A stretch of 56,707 bases of DNA from NCBI GenBank assembly GCA_035510695.1, contig DATKGO010000062.1, forward strand, positions 1 to 56,707, written 5' to 3'. The translations under genes were made by a program, and so were the position numbers. The number at the start of each line of letters is the position of its first letter. Positions within the stretch are counted from its first letter, which is position 1. Below the pieces are notes generated by a model. It was not told the origin of the DNA and did not search any database. It worked only from the letters and a program-made list of their open reading frames with translations. The DNA is from Patescibacteria group bacterium (GTDB lineage Bacteria > Patescibacteriota > Microgenomatia > Levybacterales > UBA12049). This document shows, piece by piece, positions 53,168 to 56,707 of this stretch.

Positions 53168-53590
53168 TTACTGTTGAAGGATTTTAAAAAATTCGCTTGG
53201 AGTAACTATATTAACTCTTCGGAAAAGACTGCCTAGTTTTTTACGTAGTGGACCGTCGCCTGTTACTAAATAATCTGATTTAGCGCTAACAGCTGTTGCG
53301 ATAATATAATCATCCTCTGTATGCGTAGCTACTCCCTGTAAATTCACTGTTATTTGTGTCAATGTAGCTTCATTTTGTAATAAGTCTATAAAAGCTTCTA
53401 TTTGTGACAAAGAAAGATGTTTTTGAAAATATGGTTTCTGAAGCGTTCTATATAATTCATCGATAATATATTGCGAGGTTATTAGTTTGAATTTTCCTTC
53501 CCGCCACTGGTTAATTATTTGACCAGGAGGAGTAAAAGAATTCACCGTTCCCGAAGCTAGCGTATTCGTATCCAAAACTGCAGAAATCAT
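53168..53590 (-). CDS. PIN-domain toxin (TIGR00305-like)
   Basis: MISAVLDTNTLASG...DDYIIATAVSAKSDYLVTGD. Confidence 0.75.
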   Translation of the reverse strand: MISAVLDTNTLASGTVNSFTPPGQIINQWREGKFKLITSQYIIDELYRTLQKPYFQKHLSLSQIEAFIDLLQNEATLTQITVNLQGVATHTEDDYIIATAVSAKSDYLVTGDGPLRKKLGSLFRRVNIVTPSEFFKILQQ

Positions 53591-53593
53591 TTC

Positions 53594-53896
53594 TTATTTG
53601 TCACTATTTTCTGATCGCATTTCTGTTCTTACTTCGTTAAGAGCTTTCTTTATTTCCTGTTCTACTTCTTCATCGGGTACATCTTTAAATGCTTCTCGTA
53701 TACTATCCAAGGTTTTAAATCGTTCTTTTCTCTGTTCATCTAATTGAGTGAAACGTTTTAAATCCTCAACCGAGATGACAGCCGCAACAGGAATACCACT
53801 TTTTTCAATAATAACTTTACTATTTTCTTTGTATATAGTATTAAGAATATTGCTCCAATTTTGTCTCACTTGAGATGCTTGCATAACCTTTGTCAT
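53594..53896 (-). CDS. type II antitoxin, Phd/YefM-like
   Basis: ASQVRQNWSNILNTIYKENSKVIIEKSGIPVAAVISVEDLKRF. Confidence 0.7.
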   Translation of the reverse strand: MTKVMQASQVRQNWSNILNTIYKENSKVIIEKSGIPVAAVISVEDLKRFTQLDEQRKERFKTLDSIREAFKDVPDEEVEQEIKKALNEVRTEMRSENSDK

Positions 53897-53905
53897 ATTA
53901 CGTAC

Positions 53906-53934
53906 AATATAGTACGTTTTTGGACAAAAGTCAA
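53906..53934 (-). promoter_or_regulatory. promoter TTGACT-17-TATATT, with an ACGTAC/GTACGT inverted repeat bracketing the -10
   Basis: Minus-strand -35 at 53929-53934 and -10 at 53906-53911. Inverted-repeat arms at 53900-53905 and 53912-53917. Confidence 0.65.
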
Positions 53935-53944
53935 GGGCAACAAA

Positions 53945-54093
53945 AAATAAGCCCCCTGTATCAAGCTATTCTTGATGTTCAAACAAGGAGCGGCGCACTT
54001 AGTGCCCCCGATGAAGCTCTATTTGAACTAACAGTAAAGACTTTCGGGGAACTCTATGCATATTATGCCTTAAATTCAGAGAAAGTTGAATAG
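53945..54093 (+). repeat. TA-island spacer repeat, copy 1 (remnant of a small ORF, no ATG)
   Basis: Shares GCCCCCGATGAAGCTCTATTTGAACTA (54004-54030) with copy 2, and roughly 75% identity by eye downstream. Confidence 0.75.
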
Positions 54094-54130
54094 CCTTGCA
54101 GTTATATTTCTAGGTGGAGAATAAATAAAT

Positions 54131-54421
54131 TTACGATTCCGTAAAAGTAGCAGGCCATTTTCGCGAAGTATGTACGACTGCTAAAATTTGAATTTCTTTT
54201 GCGATTCTATAAACGATAATATAAGGAAGATGAGTAATAACAAGTTCTCTTGTTTGCTCAACACGACCTTCTCGTCCGGCAGCTGGATATAACTCGAGTT
54301 TTTTAATGGATTTTCGAATAGTAGTAAAAATTTGTAAAGCGGTTCGAGGATTATCTTCAGCTATATAGTCAACAAGGGAATCTAAATCACGCTCCGCAGC
54401 TGCTAACCAAAGTATACTCAT
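54131..54421 (-). CDS. parE: type II toxin, ParE/RelE family
   Basis: AERDLDSLVDYIAEDNPRTA...YIIVYRIAKEIQILAVVHTSRKWP. Confidence 0.8.
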   Translation of the reverse strand: MSILWLAAAERDLDSLVDYIAEDNPRTALQIFTTIRKSIKKLELYPAAGREGRVEQTRELVITHLPYIIVYRIAKEIQILAVVHTSRKWPATFTES

Positions 54422-54702
54422 ATATCAAGTTTTTTCTTTAGTCGCTTCTCCTGGCGATCCATAACTTTATCGTGAAGAATAAACTTTGCAGTTGGCTCTT
54501 CTACTTGACTCAGACGTTCTTTAATAAGAGCAAGTTGCCATTGTTGCACATCAAGATATTGCTTAAGGGCTTCGTTAAACACCCAATTGCGTGATCTACC
54601 AACGCTATTTGCGATATTATCGAGTTCTTCAAGAATTCCTTGTGGTATTCGAGCATGTAAGCTCTCTGTTTGAGGTAACGACTTGTTGATTAGTGTAGTC
54701 AT
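54418..54702 (-). CDS. ribbon-helix-helix (CopG/ParD-like) antitoxin
   Basis: LHARIPQGILEELDNIANSVGRSRNWVFNEALKQYL. Overlaps the toxin start. Confidence 0.75.
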   Translation of the reverse strand: MTTLINKSLPQTESLHARIPQGILEELDNIANSVGRSRNWVFNEALKQYLDVQQWQLALIKERLSQVEEPTAKFILHDKVMDRQEKRLKKKLDI

Positions 54703-54839
54703 ATGTAGTCATACTATCATACGGTTGTTTATAATGCAATAGACATAAATAAAAATTGAGTTTTAACCGGAGCTCAAGTCTCTTCGATACCATCATAATT
54801 TTATGACTAATATGAAAAGGTAAGTACAAAATCACTAAA

Positions 54840-54992
54840 TTCTACAATTAGCTTGTTATATCAACGTATTCGATCATTTGATGATACGAGCGTCGCATCG
54901 GGCGCCCCCGATGAAGCTCTATTTGAACTAGCGATTAAAACCTTCGGGAATTTACTTGCATAGTATACCTTAAATTCGCGTAAAACTGAATA
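54840..54992 (+). repeat. TA-island spacer repeat, copy 2 (degraded, contains in-frame stops)
   Basis: 54904-54930 is identical to 54004-54030. 54846-54864 matches 55824-55842 at 18 of 19 positions. Confidence 0.75.
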
Positions 54993-55034
54993 AGCACATA
55001 GAAGATACAATTAGCAGTTTATTTAGCAAGTATG

Positions 55035-55415
55035 TTAATTTGATGGATTTAACACATCAATATCCTTCATTGGGAAATGCTTAGTGTTTAAAGAGACCAA
55101 AGTGAGATTATTCACATTTGCTGTTGCTGCAATTAGGCAATCGGTTAAACTGAGATTTTTTAATTTTTTTGTATATTGCTGCCAATAAAGTCCAGCAATC
55201 TTTGCTACTTTAGCCTCCACATCAAAAATAATATGTTGCTGAAGATAATCTTCAGTCACTACTAATTCTGCTGGGAAGATATTTTTATATATTTCAGCAA
55301 TGGATATAACTGATATACTGAGTGGTGCTTCTTCTTTTAGAGAGAGGACTTTATCTATTATTTCTCTTTTTCCTCGCAATACCCAAATCAATACATCCGT
55401 ATCTAAAAGATACAT
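55035..55415 (-). CDS. vapC: type II toxin, PIN-domain VapC
   Basis: MYLLDTDVLIWVLRG...LTDCLIAATANVNNLTLVSLNTKHF. Confidence 0.85.
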   Translation of the reverse strand: MYLLDTDVLIWVLRGKREIIDKVLSLKEEAPLSISVISIAEIYKNIFPAELVVTEDYLQQHIIFDVEAKVAKIAGLYWQQYTKKLKNLSLTDCLIAATANVNNLTLVSLNTKHFPMKDIDVLNPSN

Positions 55416-55417
55416 AG

Positions 55418-55696
55418 TTAAAATGACCTTTCATCGGACAAGCGATTTTTGGTAACCCAGTTAACGACATCATTTTTTGTACTCCATTCAGGATGATTCT
55501 GAACAGTAATGACACCTGCAGCCTTTCTTAATACTTTTTCATACATATCTTTATCAAATATAGAGGTGCGAGTTATTTGCGCAATAGAGATATCTCTTTT
55601 TTCATCACGAATAAGTACACGAGTTCCTTTCATTACGCGCTCTAAATACTGGGATATATTACTTCTTAAATCACTTACAGATACTGTTACTGTCAT
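55418..55696 (-). CDS. type II antitoxin, Phd/YefM-like
   Basis: VSDLRSNISQYLERVMKGTRVLIRDEKRDISIAQI. Confidence 0.75.
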   Translation of the reverse strand: MTVTVSVSDLRSNISQYLERVMKGTRVLIRDEKRDISIAQITRTSIFDKDMYEKVLRKAAGVITVQNHPEWSTKNDVVNWVTKNRLSDERSF

Positions 55697-55702
55697 AAAA
55701 TT

Positions 55703-55731
55703 ATATTAGTACGTTATGTACATATTGTCAA
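55703..55731 (-). promoter_or_regulatory. consensus promoter TTGACA-17-TAATAT, 6 nt upstream of ATG 55696
   Basis: Minus-strand -35 at 55726-55731 and -10 at 55703-55708. The spacer contains ATGTACAT and ACGTAC. Confidence 0.7.
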
Positions 55732-55794
55732 GTATCTATAGCGATATGAGTTCTAATCTCTTCGCTATCTTGATAATTTTGTGTGTATTTATAG

Positions 55795-56028
55795 ATGAAA
55801 GAAGGAGAAGCCCTAAATTATATAATTAGCCTGTTATATCAATCTCGATCGTTTGGCAATATCATTGCCTCATCGGGTGCCCCTGATGCACATTCTTTTG
55901 AACACTTTCTGCCTTGGGTAGACAAGATTATGCTTGCATACCAAGGAGAAAACGATACTAATAGCGATCAGCTATTGCCTCAGGGTTCTTCGTTCTCTAG
56001 GGGATATTATACGAAAAAAGTGAACTAA
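55795..56028 (+). CDS. small hypothetical protein; the intact member of the TA-island spacer repeat family (copy 3)
   Basis: ATG-initiated 77-aa ORF. LLYQ...SSGAPDAHSFEHF parallels PLYQ...LSAPDEALFEL of copy 1. Confidence 0.3.
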   Translation: MKEGEALNYIISLLYQSRSFGNIIASSGAPDAHSFEHFLPWVDKIMLAYQGENDTNSDQLLPQGSSFSRGYYTKKVN

Positions 56029-56050
56029 AGGAAAGACGAGGAAAATATTG

Positions 56051-56257
56051 TTATTCTCCTAGAGGAAGTTTTATCTTTATTTCCAGCGCTCGAGCGATCT
56101 TGTTTAAGATTTCGCCTCTCGCTTTTGGGTCACCACGCTCAACACGGGCATAATAATTTGCGTTAATTCCTGCTTTTTTTGCTACTTCGGCTTGTGTTAA
56201 GCCAGCCTTTTCACGAGCTTCCTTAAAAATTTTTGCTATCTCTTCTTTGAATCCCAT
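56051..56257 (-). CDS. XRE family helix-turn-helix transcriptional regulator
   Basis: AREKAGLTQAEVAKKAGINANYYARVERG. Confidence 0.8.
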   Translation of the reverse strand: MGFKEEIAKIFKEAREKAGLTQAEVAKKAGINANYYARVERGDPKARGEILNKIARALEIKIKLPLGE

Positions 56258-56307
56258 AACAACTTAGCCTCATGAGCATTATACATCTTTCCGAGACAGT
56301 TTGCTTT

Positions 56308-56336
56308 TTGTGAAAATTTACAGTATTTGCTAGAAT
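56308..56336 (+). promoter_or_regulatory. promoter TTGTGA-17-(TGc)TAGAAT, 6 nt upstream of ATG 56343
   Basis: -35 at 56308-56313 and -10 at 56331-56336. Confidence 0.5.
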
Positions 56337-56342
56337 TAAGGC

Positions 56343-56618
56343 ATGAACAATGATAATGTACTTCCGGAGGATATAACCTGGGAAGAAATACAGAAATATC
56401 TAGACAATGATCCTTACCAAGAATTTCTGAAACAAATACCACTTTTAGTTTATAAAATGGCGACTGATAAAAACAATCGGCCAAAAGTAATTGAGGCTGT
56501 AATGCAAGCCTTACAAGAAAGAGATCCACAAAACGCCACAGAAGCATACGCATCAAAAATGGCCGATAGAATGGAGGAGATGGCGAGAATGGTTTTAGCA
56601 ACAAGACAGAAGAAATAA
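56343..56618 (+). CDS. hypothetical protein divergent from the XRE regulator
   Basis: 91-aa ORF with leaderless-type promoter geometry. No recognisable motif. Confidence 0.45.
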   Translation: MNNDNVLPEDITWEEIQKYLDNDPYQEFLKQIPLLVYKMATDKNNRPKVIEAVMQALQERDPQNATEAYASKMADRMEEMARMVLATRQKK

Positions 56619-56707
56619 AGGCTTAAAATCTAAAAAGGTTTTAATATTTACAAAATACGTTTTTTATTAGATTTATAAAGAAGAAAAATATCACTCGGAT
56701 TGCTTAA

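Noticed and set aside
53890-54093. 67-aa plus-strand ORF as a functional gene
   Set aside because: It starts only at a TTG that lies inside the neighbouring antitoxin start and promoter region, and it has no ATG. It is better explained as a decayed copy of the 55795-56028 small-ORF family, so it is reported as a repeat rather than a CDS.
1-56707. Alternative genetic code (UGA recoding, as in some candidate phyla)
   Set aside because: TGA terminates several conserved genes at the expected length (NUDIX at 664, sufS at 4650, rpsF at 30228, GIY-YIG at 1485). No conserved gene appears to need read-through of TGA.

Overview
AT-rich bacterial chromosomal segment. Small genes, PT/ST-rich linker proteins, many membrane and hypothetical proteins and no outer-membrane components suggest a Patescibacteria/CPR-type organism; this taxonomic call is an inference. 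TGA, TAA and TAG all act as stops, so the code is standard. No rRNA, tRNA or CRISPR array was recognised by eye.

Recognisable content:
- Housekeeping genes: gdh, sufS-like, ychF, rpsF-ssb-rpsR, ctp, htrA, prfA, rpmE, hisS, an M20 and an M24 peptidase, dnaB.
- A MacAB-like ABC exporter.
- A GH8 + GT2 (cellulose-synthase-like) + GT-C exopolysaccharide operon.
- Cell-wall hydrolases (Rpf-like and SLT-like).
- An IS200-type Y1 transposase.
- Six type II toxin-antitoxin modules, five of them packed into the last 4.5 kb.

Main unusual signals:
1. A dispersed family of GTCAT-hairpin repeat units (REP/REPIN-like). The flanks are constant and the stem changes are compensatory. Inverted units bracket a GIY-YIG nuclease gene. 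The same GTCAT...ATGAC termini bracket the Y1 transposase ORF. A 132-bp block (44 codons) sits in frame inside the M24 peptidase gene, and a degenerate GC-rich block probably sits in frame inside ychF.
2. A 2.06-kb two-gene cassette (AAA+/DUF4143 ATPase + PRiA4_ORF3-like protein) is bracketed by perfect 21-bp direct repeats. These repeats duplicate the ychF start codon region and leave a fossil leaderless ychF promoter upstream.
3. Three minus-strand TA modules are interleaved with three copies of a homologous spacer or small-ORF segment; two copies are exactly 900 bp apart.
4. Many first genes have a TGnTATAAT-type -10 box 6-9 nt upstream of the ATG, implying leaderless mRNAs. Several operon-internal genes have AGGAGG-like Shine-Dalgarno sites instead.
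5. A 32-nt near-perfect inverted repeat lies 8 kb apart, and the intergenic regions carry a family of AT-rich word repeats.
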